A stretch of DNA of 64,000 bases from an uncultured Rhodospirillaceae bacterium (GTDB taxonomy: Bacteria; Pseudomonadota; Alphaproteobacteria; Rhodospirillales; UBA2165), in assembly GCA_964611435.1 (NCBI GenBank), contig CAZSXT010000014.1, positions 27,694 to 91,693 of the forward strand, given 5' to 3'. Each line of letters starts with the position of its first letter. Position 1 is the stretch's first letter. Below the pieces are notes generated by a model. It saw only the letters and a program-made list of their open reading frames with translations, made no database searches and was not told the DNA's origin. Positions 1 through 9,074 of this stretch are shown here, piece by piece. Made by a program: the position numbers and the translations under genes.

Positions 1-21
1 GGAAAGTGTTATCGGATCCAT
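1..21 (-). CDS. TRAP transporter large permease (DctM-like), extreme N-terminus only, runs off window
   Basis: A minus-strand ATG at 21, 12 nt after the dctQ stop, opens MDPITLS and continues off the window edge. Position in a dctP-dctQ-dctM order fits. Only 7 codons are visible. Confidence 0.35.
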
Positions 22-33
22 GATGACTATAAT

Positions 34-573
34 TTAAGCGACCGGAGTGTCGCTCACATACCCCTCGGCGCTGTCGATGCCTAAGGCGACGCGCGCGCTG
101 ACGACAATGTGCAAAATAAGCGATGTGACCATCAGGATGCTGGCGGCCGCCATGATGTATGCATAGGGCCAAAGAGCCAATTCCCAAATCTGGGTGGTCT
201 CCCCATTGGTCATTTTCGAAGCGGCCTGATTGAACAGTTGCCAGCTGATTAGGAATGTAATACCGAGGCCGACGAGGCCAGTGAAGAGATCAAGCCACGC
301 TTGAACGCGCGGGCTGAAATTCATAATGACGATATCAACCCGGATATGGCTTTTCATGAATGTGGCGTAGCCCACGCCCAAGTAGATCATCATCCCCATG
401 ATCAACTCAGTCACCTCCACGGTGCCCGTAATGGGATGATCAAATGACCTTCCGATGACGTCAAACAATGTGAGAAACATCATCAGAGCCAGGCCGACAG
501 AACCCGCTCGAGCGAGCCACAAAGTGACTCGCTCGCTCAGGTCTGTCAGAGGTCTTTTAGACTTTTCAGCCAT
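34..573 (-). CDS. dctQ: TRAP transporter small permease (DctQ family)
   Basis: 179-aa ORF with about 4 hydrophobic helices and a typical DctQ N-terminus. It lies 10 nt downstream of the TRAP binding-protein gene. Confidence 0.85.
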   Translation of the reverse strand: MAEKSKRPLTDLSERVTLWLARAGSVGLALMMFLTLFDVIGRSFDHPITGTVEVTELIMGMMIYLGVGYATFMKSHIRVDIVIMNFSPRVQAWLDLFTGLVGLGITFLISWQLFNQAASKMTNGETTQIWELALWPYAYIMAAASILMVTSLILHIVVSARVALGIDSAEGYVSDTPVA

Positions 574-583
574 CGTTGGCTGA

Positions 584-1600
584 CTAGCCGCCCATCATTT
601 TACGAAGATCGTCGACCAAAGCCTGGCCGTTTTCGCCGGCTTTGTTGGTTTTCGCAATCCATTCGTCGGTGATCACTTTGATCGCCTTGGCCCAACGCTC
701 TTTCTCAGCCGGGGAGATCGTTTGGATCTTGTTGCCAGCGGCGATAGCGCCCTTACGACCGACTTCGTCAGCGGCATCCCAATGCTGGCCAATCAGCTTC
801 GAGCCGGCCGAGCCACCGGCGGTTTCAAACGCCCGGCGGGCGTCAGCCGACAGACCATCCCAGGCCTTGCCGCTCATCGCGACCATGAACGGGGTGGTGT
901 ACAGTCCGCCCGGCACCTCCAGATGATACTTGACCAGTTTGCTCAGCTTGAAACCGTGAACGGCCTCAAACGGGAAGAACGCTGCGTCGGTGGTGCCGCG
1001 TTGCAGACTTTCATGCGCCTTGGTGGCCGACATGGCAACGGGGACGGCGCCCAATTTTTCAGCCATCAGAACGCCGCCGCCGCCAACACGGATTTTGACG
1101 CCCTTAATGTCTTCAATGGTTTTGATTTCCTTCTTGCTGTGCAGCAGACCAGGGCCGTGCACAAAAGCCGAAACCAGCTTGGCGCCCTTGAATTCTTTCT
1201 TGTCGAAGCCGTGCTTCACATACCATTTGTGGAAACCTTCACTGCCGGTTGCCGCATTCGGCGTCGCGAAGGGAATTTCAGCCATGCGATAGAACAGGAA
1301 CTGGCCGGCCGTATAGGCCGCCACATGCATCACCAGATCACGGACACCGCTGGTGGCGAGCTTGTACTGTCCCGGAGGTTTGGCCAGGGCGGATTTATCG
1401 AGGGTAATCTTAACTTTGCCGCCCGACGCCTTTTCAATAGAGTCTGAGAAGTTGCGGGCCGTTTTGGTCCAGTGGTGGACCGGCGGCAGCCAATTGGCAA
1501 ATTTCAGGTTCACTTCCTGAGCGGACGCCGAACCGGCGGCCATGGAGCCTGCCAGCGCAGCTGCGCCGGAAAGCAATGCGAGTTTGGAAAAACGAATCAT
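584..1600 (-). CDS. dctP: TRAP transporter substrate-binding protein (DctP family)
   Basis: 338 aa with a signal peptide ending ASAQE. It contains the DctP-like NLKFANWLPP block and sits in operon position with dctQ. Confidence 0.9.
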   Translation of the reverse strand: MIRFSKLALLSGAAALAGSMAAGSASAQEVNLKFANWLPPVHHWTKTARNFSDSIEKASGGKVKITLDKSALAKPPGQYKLATSGVRDLVMHVAAYTAGQFLFYRMAEIPFATPNAATGSEGFHKWYVKHGFDKKEFKGAKLVSAFVHGPGLLHSKKEIKTIEDIKGVKIRVGGGGVLMAEKLGAVPVAMSATKAHESLQRGTTDAAFFPFEAVHGFKLSKLVKYHLEVPGGLYTTPFMVAMSGKAWDGLSADARRAFETAGGSAGSKLIGQHWDAADEVGRKGAIAAGNKIQTISPAEKERWAKAIKVITDEWIAKTNKAGENGQALVDDLRKMMGG

Positions 1601-1745
1601 GAGATGTCTCCCAGTTGATGAAGCATACCGGCTGAACGTGCCGGCGATTTTCGTTAATACTATGAACAGCTTAACTTGGTGCGCATACTAACAAGATGGT
1701 GCCTAATTGGCCAAGATATCTTTGTGGAATTTCGACTGGCGATTA

Positions 1746-2084
1746 TTAATCTTCGGGCGGCGGTTGAAGCGCCTCCGAACGGTCTTCCATCGTGTAGTCG
1801 CGCACAACTTGTGCGACCCTAATCCGGTAGCCGTTGAACAGTTCCGTCCGTCCCTTGGCTTGGGCTTGTCGGTGATTGACCCGTTCCCGCCAGGATTTGA
1901 TCGCTGCTTCGTCCCGCCAGTACGACAGCGAGAGCATTTTTCCCTCGTTGGTCAGGCTTTCGAAACGTTCGATGGAAATAAACCCGTCCGCCGTTTCCAG
2001 ATCAGCGCGAAGTTCTCCGGCGATGTCCAGATACTCTTGTTTGCCCTCGGGCTTCGGATGGACTTCAAAGATGACGGCGTACAT
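1746..2084 (-). CDS. Antibiotic-biosynthesis-monooxygenase (ABM) domain protein
   Basis: 112 aa with a ferredoxin-like ABM signature (MYAVIFEVHPKP...SYWRDEAAIKSWR). Confidence 0.8.
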   Translation of the reverse strand: MYAVIFEVHPKPEGKQEYLDIAGELRADLETADGFISIERFESLTNEGKMLSLSYWRDEAAIKSWRERVNHRQAQAKGRTELFNGYRIRVAQVVRDYTMEDRSEALQPPPED

Positions 2085-2153
2085 TTCCGTTTTTCCTTTC
2101 AGAGATTAGCCGAAACCGTACCGCCGGCGGGGTGTCGATATTCGTATAAGCCA

Positions 2154-2762
2154 TCAGCTCTTGGGCTTCACCTTGGCCAGATTTTTAACGCTGGTTACAT
2201 TTTCAATGTCTTTGACCACGCGGGTTGCTTTGTCTTTCTCAGCCTTGGATAAAGCGCGGCCAAACAGAAACACCTTGCCGCCAACCGACCGCCACCTGAA
2301 GTTTGTGACATTTACACCGTTGGCATCCAGCAGTAGCGCATTAACTTTGGTCTCGATCACGGTGTCGTCCACGAAATTCTCGACCGCTCCCTTTTCTTTC
2401 TCCACCGGTTTAATGACCAGAATTTCGTTGTATATTTTTTTGATATCGGCAACCTGCTTGGTCAGGTCTTCGGCCTGTTTTTTGAGTTCAGGTTTTTCGA
2501 CCACGCCGGTCAACATCACGTCTTGCTCATAGACGTCGGCGCTGATGGAAATAACGTCTGTGCCCATTTTTTCGATGACCTTCACCGTGATTTCAGTTTT
2601 GATAGCCAGATCCTTGGCGATGTCCTCGGAGCTTCGGTCTTCAACGGCAGCTTCGACGGCGCTTTTAATCGCAGACAAGGGATTAAGGTCAATCGCCTGC
2701 GCCGGTCCGGAAACCGCAAGGAGACCTAGTGCAATGATGGGGGCGGATAAAAATTTGATCAT
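2154..2762 (-). CDS. BON-domain (OsmY-like) periplasmic protein
   Basis: Two BON-like repeats (DV...GVV / VKD..NV..V.N.L.V). I prefer the ATG at 2762 (MIKFLSAP... signal peptide ending AQA), which has GAGGA upstream, over the track start at 2816. Confidence 0.8.
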   Translation of the reverse strand: MIKFLSAPIIALGLLAVSGPAQAIDLNPLSAIKSAVEAAVEDRSSEDIAKDLAIKTEITVKVIEKMGTDVISISADVYEQDVMLTGVVEKPELKKQAEDLTKQVADIKKIYNEILVIKPVEKEKGAVENFVDDTVIETKVNALLLDANGVNVTNFRWRSVGGKVFLFGRALSKAEKDKATRVVKDIENVTSVKNLAKVKPKS

Positions 2763-2928
2763 GTTCAGACAGTCCTCTAGCGGGCAAATATCGATAGCTA
2801 ACAAGAAGTATCTCATTTATTGTCCCACCCGGTCTATGGCAATCACCGGAATCGCATGGAAATACACTGATCGATTTGAAAGTAGGACGTTTATACCTGT
2901 CTCTTAAATTCGAAACGCGTCCACCAGT

Positions 2929-4890
2929 ATGCGAACGCCTGGTATCAAGCGGCGGCCACGGGCCATGGTGTACAATCCAGGGATACTGACCGATACAATG
3001 TTTGATCGGATAAGCCTCAGGCTTCTCATATTTATGTCCGCCATGGCGATGGTGCTGATCCCGACGGTGTCTTTGATTGTGTGGCTGGATCAGCACTCGT
3101 TCGAACAGGAGGTCAGAGAGGCCGAGGTTAAACACCTTCTTCTCGCCCGCAATGTGACCTTCGCCCTATCCCGGTATGTCCGTGATCTTCGCGCTGTATT
3201 CTTGCACGCGGTCATCGACGCGGGGAAACATCTCCACGAAGATCAAGACAGCACACTTGCCGAAATTCAGGTCTTGGAAAATCTGAAGCTGAAGTCGGTC
3301 GTGCGGATATCGGCAGATGCGAATTTCCTCGCCCGTCAGCCGTCTTCGGACAAAAGCTCTGTACCCGAGATCGGCGCCGAGATTCGAGAGGCCGTTTTGC
3401 CGCTGGTCGAGGACTCTAAGAATCGTCCGGGTCACGTATTTTTCTCCAACGTTGTGGCGCGTCCGAATTCGGAGCCATCCATCTATCTGTTGATGCGGGA
3501 TGAGAACTCAAAGATTTATTTGGGCGAACTAGCGACGTCTTACATTGTCGAACTGCAATCCAGCATCGCTTTTGGCGAGTTGGGTCATGCGGCGATTGTT
3601 GATCGAATGGGGACCATCATTGCCCATCCGAATGAGCAGTGGCGGCGAGACGGGAAAGACATTTCCACCGTGTCTATCGTTCAGGAGATAATGAAGAGTA
3701 AAACCGGTGTTACGCAATTTTTCTCCCCTGCAAAAAAAGTGGACATGATTGCCGGATTTACCACCGTGCCGGAGACCGGCTGGGGTGTCATGGTGTCTCG
3801 GCCGGTTAGTGAGCTAAGGGCCGCATCCCGGATCAATCTGGCCACACAAATCAGTGTGGTCATTTTCGCGCTTATCGCGGCAAGTCTCTTGGGCTGGTGG
3901 TTGTCGGGTCTGATCGCCAATCCGGTGCAGTCTGTTGCCGCGGCCGCCAGAAACTATAACAAAGATTCAGGTCAGGGCATTATGGAGGTGCCTGCCAGCG
4001 GCGCGCCAGCGGAATTGAAAGACCTGGTGACCTCGTTCAATGCTCTCATCCAAGAAGTGGAGGCGCAAAAAACGCGGTTGGAAGAACGGGTGGTGGAACG
4101 CACCGAGGAATTGGAAACGCAGATCGCCGAAAGAAAACTGGCGGAGGATCAACTTCGTGAAAAGCAGCTGCAGCTCAACCAAGTCACGAGACTCAGCACC
4201 ATGGGTGAAATGGCTACTGGTTTGGCCCATGAGCTCAATCAGCCTCTGGCGGCGATTGCAGCGTACGTGGACGGCAGTCTGCACCGGCTCCAGTCCGGAG
4301 AGGCGCCGTCGGAACAAATTTTCTCGGCTCTCGAAAAAGCATCGCAACAGGCGTCGCGGGCAGGGGAGATCATTCGGCGAATACGTGACTTTATTCAAAA
4401 CGTCGAAGGCGATCAGGAGATCGTTGACGTTAATCATGCCGTGAGGGAAGCGATCGAACTTATGGAGAACGAGCTGAGATCCCAAGCTATTCAGCTCGAA
4501 ATCGATTACGGAGATGGCATTCCGCCTATCAGAGGCGATACTGTGCAACTACAGCAATTAATCATCAATCTTGCACGAAACAGCATCGAAGCCATGAGTG
4601 AGGCAAAGAGCAATGGACACCGACTCTATATCCAGACGAAATGCGATGATGACGGATTGGTCAATATTTCCGTTGAGGACAATGGTCCGGGTGTAGTAGG
4701 TGCTATCGGGGAAAAGGCGTTCGATCCGTTCTTCACCACCAAGGAAAACGGGCTTGGGATGGGACTCGCCATTTGCCGCTCGATTGCCGAAGTGCACAAT
4801 GGTCAATTATACTATGAAACACCAAGTAGCGGCGGTGCGCGATTTAAATGCGCCTTCCCCGGATGGAAAGGAACAGGAGATGGTGTCTGA
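2929..4890 (+). CDS. Sensor histidine kinase: two TM helices, periplasmic Cache-like domain, HAMP, HisKA, HATPase
   Basis: It has an H-box LAHELNQPLAAI and N/G boxes (NLARNSIEAM, DNGPGV, GLGMGLAICRSI). A periplasmic region of about 280 aa lies between two TM segments. The exact start (Met 1, 13 or 24) is uncertain. Confidence 0.85.
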   Translation: MRTPGIKRRPRAMVYNPGILTDTMFDRISLRLLIFMSAMAMVLIPTVSLIVWLDQHSFEQEVREAEVKHLLLARNVTFALSRYVRDLRAVFLHAVIDAGKHLHEDQDSTLAEIQVLENLKLKSVVRISADANFLARQPSSDKSSVPEIGAEIREAVLPLVEDSKNRPGHVFFSNVVARPNSEPSIYLLMRDENSKIYLGELATSYIVELQSSIAFGELGHAAIVDRMGTIIAHPNEQWRRDGKDISTVSIVQEIMKSKTGVTQFFSPAKKVDMIAGFTTVPETGWGVMVSRPVSELRAASRINLATQISVVIFALIAASLLGWWLSGLIANPVQSVAAAARNYNKDSGQGIMEVPASGAPAELKDLVTSFNALIQEVEAQKTRLEERVVERTEELETQIAERKLAEDQLREKQLQLNQVTRLSTMGEMATGLAHELNQPLAAIAAYVDGSLHRLQSGEAPSEQIFSALEKASQQASRAGEIIRRIRDFIQNVEGDQEIVDVNHAVREAIELMENELRSQAIQLEIDYGDGIPPIRGDTVQLQQLIINLARNSIEAMSEAKSNGHRLYIQTKCDDDGLVNISVEDNGPGVVGAIGEKAFDPFFTTKENGLGMGLAICRSIAEVHNGQLYYETPSSGGARFKCAFPGWKGTGDGV

Positions 4891-5506
4891 CAAGCCGACA
4901 GTTTTCATTGTGGATGATGATCCGGCGGTGCGGGATTCGCTGCAATGGCTTGTCGAGTCCGTAAATCTTCCCGTAAAGGCTTTCGCGTCAGGCATGGAAT
5001 TCCTGGACAGTGAGGCGCCAAACAGTTCGGGCTGTCTGATCCTGGATATTCGGATGCCGGGAATGAGCGGTATTGACGTGTTCGAAGAGCTAAAGAGCAT
5101 GGGGGCCGCACTGCCTGTGGTTTTCCTGACGGGGCACGGTGATGTTCATCTGGCCGTTCGCGCCATGAAGGCCGGCGCCTTTGATTTTGTCGAAAAACCA
5201 TTCAACGATCAGGTCTTGCTGGATTTGGTTCAATACGCCATCCGATACGATAGCGAGCGGGCGAGCGAGAAAGTTTGGATCGACGAGATTAAGAATCGTT
5301 TGACGGGCCTGACCTCCCGCGAGCGGGAAGTGCTGGACGGGGTTGTCGGCGGGAAATCCAACAAAATTATCGCCCGCGATCTCGGGCTGAGTGAAAAGAC
5401 CATCGAGTTTCATCGCTCCAAGATGATGGAGAAGATGGATGCCTCCTCCCTGGCCAATCTGATCAAGATGGTGACAATCGTCGAAAAATCGATGGAGCGC
5501 GCGTAG
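4880..5506 (+). CDS. Response regulator, FixJ/LuxR (NarL) family
   Basis: It has a REC domain (VFIVDDDPAVRDSL...LDIRMPGMSG) and a LuxR-type HTH (LTSREREVL...KIIARDLGLSEKTIEFHRSKMM). The start at MVSDKP overlaps the kinase stop by 11 nt. The track start at 4700 is a 5-prime over-extension. Confidence 0.9.
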   Translation: MVSDKPTVFIVDDDPAVRDSLQWLVESVNLPVKAFASGMEFLDSEAPNSSGCLILDIRMPGMSGIDVFEELKSMGAALPVVFLTGHGDVHLAVRAMKAGAFDFVEKPFNDQVLLDLVQYAIRYDSERASEKVWIDEIKNRLTGLTSREREVLDGVVGGKSNKIIARDLGLSEKTIEFHRSKMMEKMDASSLANLIKMVTIVEKSMERA

Positions 5507-5511
5507 GAGCG

Positions 5512-6111
5512 TTACTTCACCCGGTGGACCGTCTGGGACACGTTCTTCATATCGCCTTCCCAGCGTTTGGCGAAGTCCGTCTCTATCCCGAACTGATCCA
5601 GAATCCGGACAACGATGTGGTTGACCACATCATCGATGGTTTGCGGGTGATTGTAGAAGGCTGGCATGGGGGGCAACATGGTGACCCCCATTCGAGACAG
5701 TTTCAGCATATTTTCCAAGTGAATGTCGTTGAGCGGTGTTTCTCGAACCACCAAAACCAGAGGCCGCCGTTCCTTAAGAATGACGTCGGCCGCGCGATGC
5801 ACCAGATGCTCGCCAAAGCCGTTGGCGATTGCCGCGACGGACCTTGCGGAGCACGGACAGATCACCATGCCTTCGGTCAGAAATGAACCAGACGAAACCT
5901 TGGCTCCCATATCGCCAGGACCGTAATACTCGTTGGCCAGGTCCTTGAGATAGTCGAGCTTCAGGCCGGTCTCATGCTCCATGGTGCGTTGAGCCCATTT
6001 GCTCACCACCACATGGGTTTCGACATCTGTATCGGCGAGCGCCTCCAGAAGCCGAATACCGAAGATCGACCCACTGGCGCCTGTCATACCGACGATAAGT
6101 TTTTTGCTCAT
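5512..6111 (-). CDS. ubiX: Flavin prenyltransferase UbiX
   Basis: 199 aa. The N-terminus KLIVGMTGASGSIFGIRLLEAL and the overall match are typical of UbiX/Pad1. Confidence 0.9.
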   Translation of the reverse strand: MSKKLIVGMTGASGSIFGIRLLEALADTDVETHVVVSKWAQRTMEHETGLKLDYLKDLANEYYGPGDMGAKVSSGSFLTEGMVICPCSARSVAAIANGFGEHLVHRAADVILKERRPLVLVVRETPLNDIHLENMLKLSRMGVTMLPPMPAFYNHPQTIDDVVNHIVVRILDQFGIETDFAKRWEGDMKNVSQTVHRVK

Positions 6112-6208
6112 CTCAGTCCCAATTCGGATGAAAATCAGCCGGAATCATGGGGTTAAACGGTTTCAAAAGCAAGGCGTCTTATACATTACACCCTTTGAAG
6201 GGCCGCGA

Positions 6209-7801
6209 TCACCAGACGCCGATCCAGACCGCCCGCTTGTCTCGACGGCCCAAGGCCCGATCAACCATAGCTCTCAGGTCCCCATCATCGGCCGTTACGC
6301 GGGTCCGGCGATAGCGTAGGCTTTCGAACATCATGTCGCGCATTTCCTGCCGGACGCTCTCATAAGCGGGGTCTTCACCCAGATCATTGAGTTCCTCCGG
6401 ATCGTTCCTCAGATCAAACAGCTCCGGGCGGAACTTCTCATGGAAGATGAACTTCCAGTCATGAGTCCGCACCATGGTCGCGCGAGCTTCATGCCCCTTT
6501 ATGCCCAGTTCCCAGAATTTGATTCTGGCGGCATACTCACTTTCACTAATCGCATAGGTACGCCAATCCGCTGGTTTTTCGCCATGCAGCAAGGGCAGAA
6601 ACGAGCGTCCCTCAAGGATGTGATCTGGAACCTCGCCGCCGGCCACTTCGATCATTGTTGGCAACAGGTCTATGGATTCGATCAACCGGTCATCAACCGT
6701 TCCTCGCGTGGCGTCCGAGTCGGGACTGGGATCATAGACAATAAACGGAATACGCACGCTCTCTTCGTGGAATAGCTCTTTTTCGCCAAGCCAATGATCA
6801 CCTAAATAGTCTCCATGGTCGGAAGTAAACACGATCATTGTGTCGTCCATCCGGCCTTGATCCTCCAGGAACTTGAATAGTCGGCCCATATGGTCGTCGA
6901 TTTGCTTGATCAGTCCCATATAGGCGGGGATCACGTTGGCCCGAATATCGTCCTGAGAAAAAGACTCGCTATCTTCCCTTTCGAAATACAGGGCTGCCAC
7001 AGGATGAGGGTTTTCACGCTCCCTCAGGCTTTTGTTCACCGGCTTGATGTCGTTGTGACCATACATGTTGTGATATGGCGCCGGCGCAATATACGGCCAA
7101 TGGGGCTTAATGTAACTGAGATGTAGGCACCAGGGGCCATCGCCAGCTTCGGAAATAAAGTCCATCGCCCGATTGGTCATGTAGGCGGTTTCGGAATCCT
7201 CTTCCTTCACTCCCGCCGGCAGATGAGAGTTTCTCAGGAACCAGCCGGACTTGATCTCGCCGTCTGGTCCTTCGCCCGAGTTTGCGAAGTCGTGCCAAGG
7301 GTTCTGGCTCTCGTAGCCTTTGGAACGAAGGTACTGATTATAGGCGAGGTCGTCCGGCGGCAGGAAGTCGTCGTTGCCCCAAAGACCGTCATCGCGCTCG
7401 TACGGCTCGAACCCGCATTCGCTGACCCGGATACCGAGATCAGAGCGGGGGTCGATGCCCATCCGCGCCATGCCTTCCCTGTCGGCAACCATGTGGGTCT
7501 TGCCGACCAGCGTCACCCGGTAGCCAAGGGGGCGCAGGTAGTCGCCGATTGTTTTTTCATAAGCGTTAAGCGGTACGCCATTCCAGGTCGCGCCGTTGGA
7601 GAAGGCGTACCGTCCCGTATAGAAATTCATCCGGGAACCGCCGCAGATCGGCGCCTGACAAAAGGCGTGAGAATAAAGTACGCCCTTGGCCGCCAGGGCA
7701 TCAATGTTTGGCGTTTCGAGGCGGTCATGACCGGTGCACGACAAGTAATCGTAGCGCAGTTGGTCGCACATGATGAAGAGGATGTTCTTAGCCCTGGCCA
7801 T
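6209..7801 (-). CDS. Sulfatase-family hydrolase, no signal peptide, non-canonical C-G-G-S-R nucleophile motif
   Basis: 530 aa. Sulfatase N-terminal metal and nucleophile blocks are present (NILFIMCDQLRYD, APICGGSRMNFYTGRY, FTSDHGD). It has no leader peptide. Confidence 0.85.
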   Translation of the reverse strand: MARAKNILFIMCDQLRYDYLSCTGHDRLETPNIDALAAKGVLYSHAFCQAPICGGSRMNFYTGRYAFSNGATWNGVPLNAYEKTIGDYLRPLGYRVTLVGKTHMVADREGMARMGIDPRSDLGIRVSECGFEPYERDDGLWGNDDFLPPDDLAYNQYLRSKGYESQNPWHDFANSGEGPDGEIKSGWFLRNSHLPAGVKEEDSETAYMTNRAMDFISEAGDGPWCLHLSYIKPHWPYIAPAPYHNMYGHNDIKPVNKSLRERENPHPVAALYFEREDSESFSQDDIRANVIPAYMGLIKQIDDHMGRLFKFLEDQGRMDDTMIVFTSDHGDYLGDHWLGEKELFHEESVRIPFIVYDPSPDSDATRGTVDDRLIESIDLLPTMIEVAGGEVPDHILEGRSFLPLLHGEKPADWRTYAISESEYAARIKFWELGIKGHEARATMVRTHDWKFIFHEKFRPELFDLRNDPEELNDLGEDPAYESVRQEMRDMMFESLRYRRTRVTADDGDLRAMVDRALGRRDKRAVWIGVW

Positions 7802-7885
7802 AAATTTCCGCCTTATTTACTTTTTCAGCCGTCAGCAATGCACGCGTGCCTGTCGCGCGTTCAAACATCCCAGCCGCTTGTCTGA

Positions 7886-8950
7886 TTATGCGTTGCCGCG
7901 CCGTTCCCGCCATACACCCAGTTTAGTTTGGACGACCTTGTCGGAGAAGCAGAAGACCACAGATTCTTCCGCTGCTTCGAAATGGTGCGGGTACCAGCAC
8001 GGTACTACCATGATGTCCTGTTTGGTCCAATCATAGGAGACTTGTTTGTCGCCTTCACCTACCACGAGTTTGCCGCTGCCCTCCACCGGCGAATAGATCA
8101 GGCTTTCCGTGGACTGATAGGTTTCGGACTTGAAGCCCTTCGGCAGCAACTGCAGGAAGGTAGAAATAGTCGCCATCGCCGGGCCGCCGGAGGTCGGATC
8201 AATGTATTCCAGCTTCAGGCCGTGGTACGGGTCCAGATCGGTGGTTTTGCTGAGGGTTGCCAGCGTCTCCCGCGAGCGATCATAGGGATAGCTGAAGATC
8301 GGAGAATTTAAGTCCTCCGGCAAAACGCCAACCGGTCGCATGTTGTTACCGTATCGGATCAGGCTGTCGCCCGGCGGTGGGCCTTCCGGGAAACGCTCAT
8401 CCGGATAATGCTCGACGAAGATCGAACCTATTGTCCGGATTAACGGAATGTCCAGGCCATCTAGCCAGACTACCGGCTCGTCTCCTTCGTGGCCGTGGTC
8501 GTGCCAGGTCCAAGAAGGGGTAATAATAAAGTCGCCGGGTTCCATATAGGTTTTTTCGCCATCAACGGCGGTGTAGGCGCCGCTGCCTTCAATAATGAAA
8601 CGTAGCGCCGCCGGTGTGTGCCGGTGGGCTGGCGCTACTTCGCCCGGCATGATCAGCTGCAACCCGCCATAGAGACTTTCGGTGATGGAGCAGTTTCCGG
8701 GCAGACCGGGGTTTTCCAGCATGAGGACGCGGCGTTCCGCTTCGGCGGCGGAAATAACATTCGCTGATTCCAGCAACAGCTCCCGGAGCTCACTGTAATC
8801 CCAAAAATGGGGCACCGATTTGACCGCCGGTTCCGGAGTCAGGAGATGTCGCAGATTTTCCCATAGGGGCGCCATGGCGTGTTCATTGATGCGGGCATAA
8901 TATTTTGCTCGATCTTCCGAGATTTCCGCGTTCATTGCCGGGGTGTCCAT
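7886..8950 (-). CDS. Gentisate 1,2-dioxygenase (bicupin)
   Basis: N-terminal YYARINEHAMAPLWE block and cupin His motifs (HRHTPAALRFIIEG, HDHGHEG). I chose the ATG at 8950, 7 nt after GGAGGA. The track TTG at 8965 lies inside the RBS. Confidence 0.85.
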   Translation of the reverse strand: MDTPAMNAEISEDRAKYYARINEHAMAPLWENLRHLLTPEPAVKSVPHFWDYSELRELLLESANVISAAEAERRVLMLENPGLPGNCSITESLYGGLQLIMPGEVAPAHRHTPAALRFIIEGSGAYTAVDGEKTYMEPGDFIITPSWTWHDHGHEGDEPVVWLDGLDIPLIRTIGSIFVEHYPDERFPEGPPPGDSLIRYGNNMRPVGVLPEDLNSPIFSYPYDRSRETLATLSKTTDLDPYHGLKLEYIDPTSGGPAMATISTFLQLLPKGFKSETYQSTESLIYSPVEGSGKLVVGEGDKQVSYDWTKQDIMVVPCWYPHHFEAAEESVVFCFSDKVVQTKLGVWRERRGNA

Positions 8951-9074
8951 ATCAGCTTCCTCCAAATCACCTGCGGTCTAGTTTAACCGCCTTTTTCGAT
9001 CATTTCACGACACCAATTTAACGGCTCGGCGAAAGCGGTTGCAAGCGGCCAGGACGCATGACCAGTATGCATTC

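Noticed and set aside
1707-2252. 181-aa plus-strand ORF overlapping the ABM gene and the BON gene 3-prime end
   Set aside because: It is antisense to two genes with clear domain signatures and has no features of its own.
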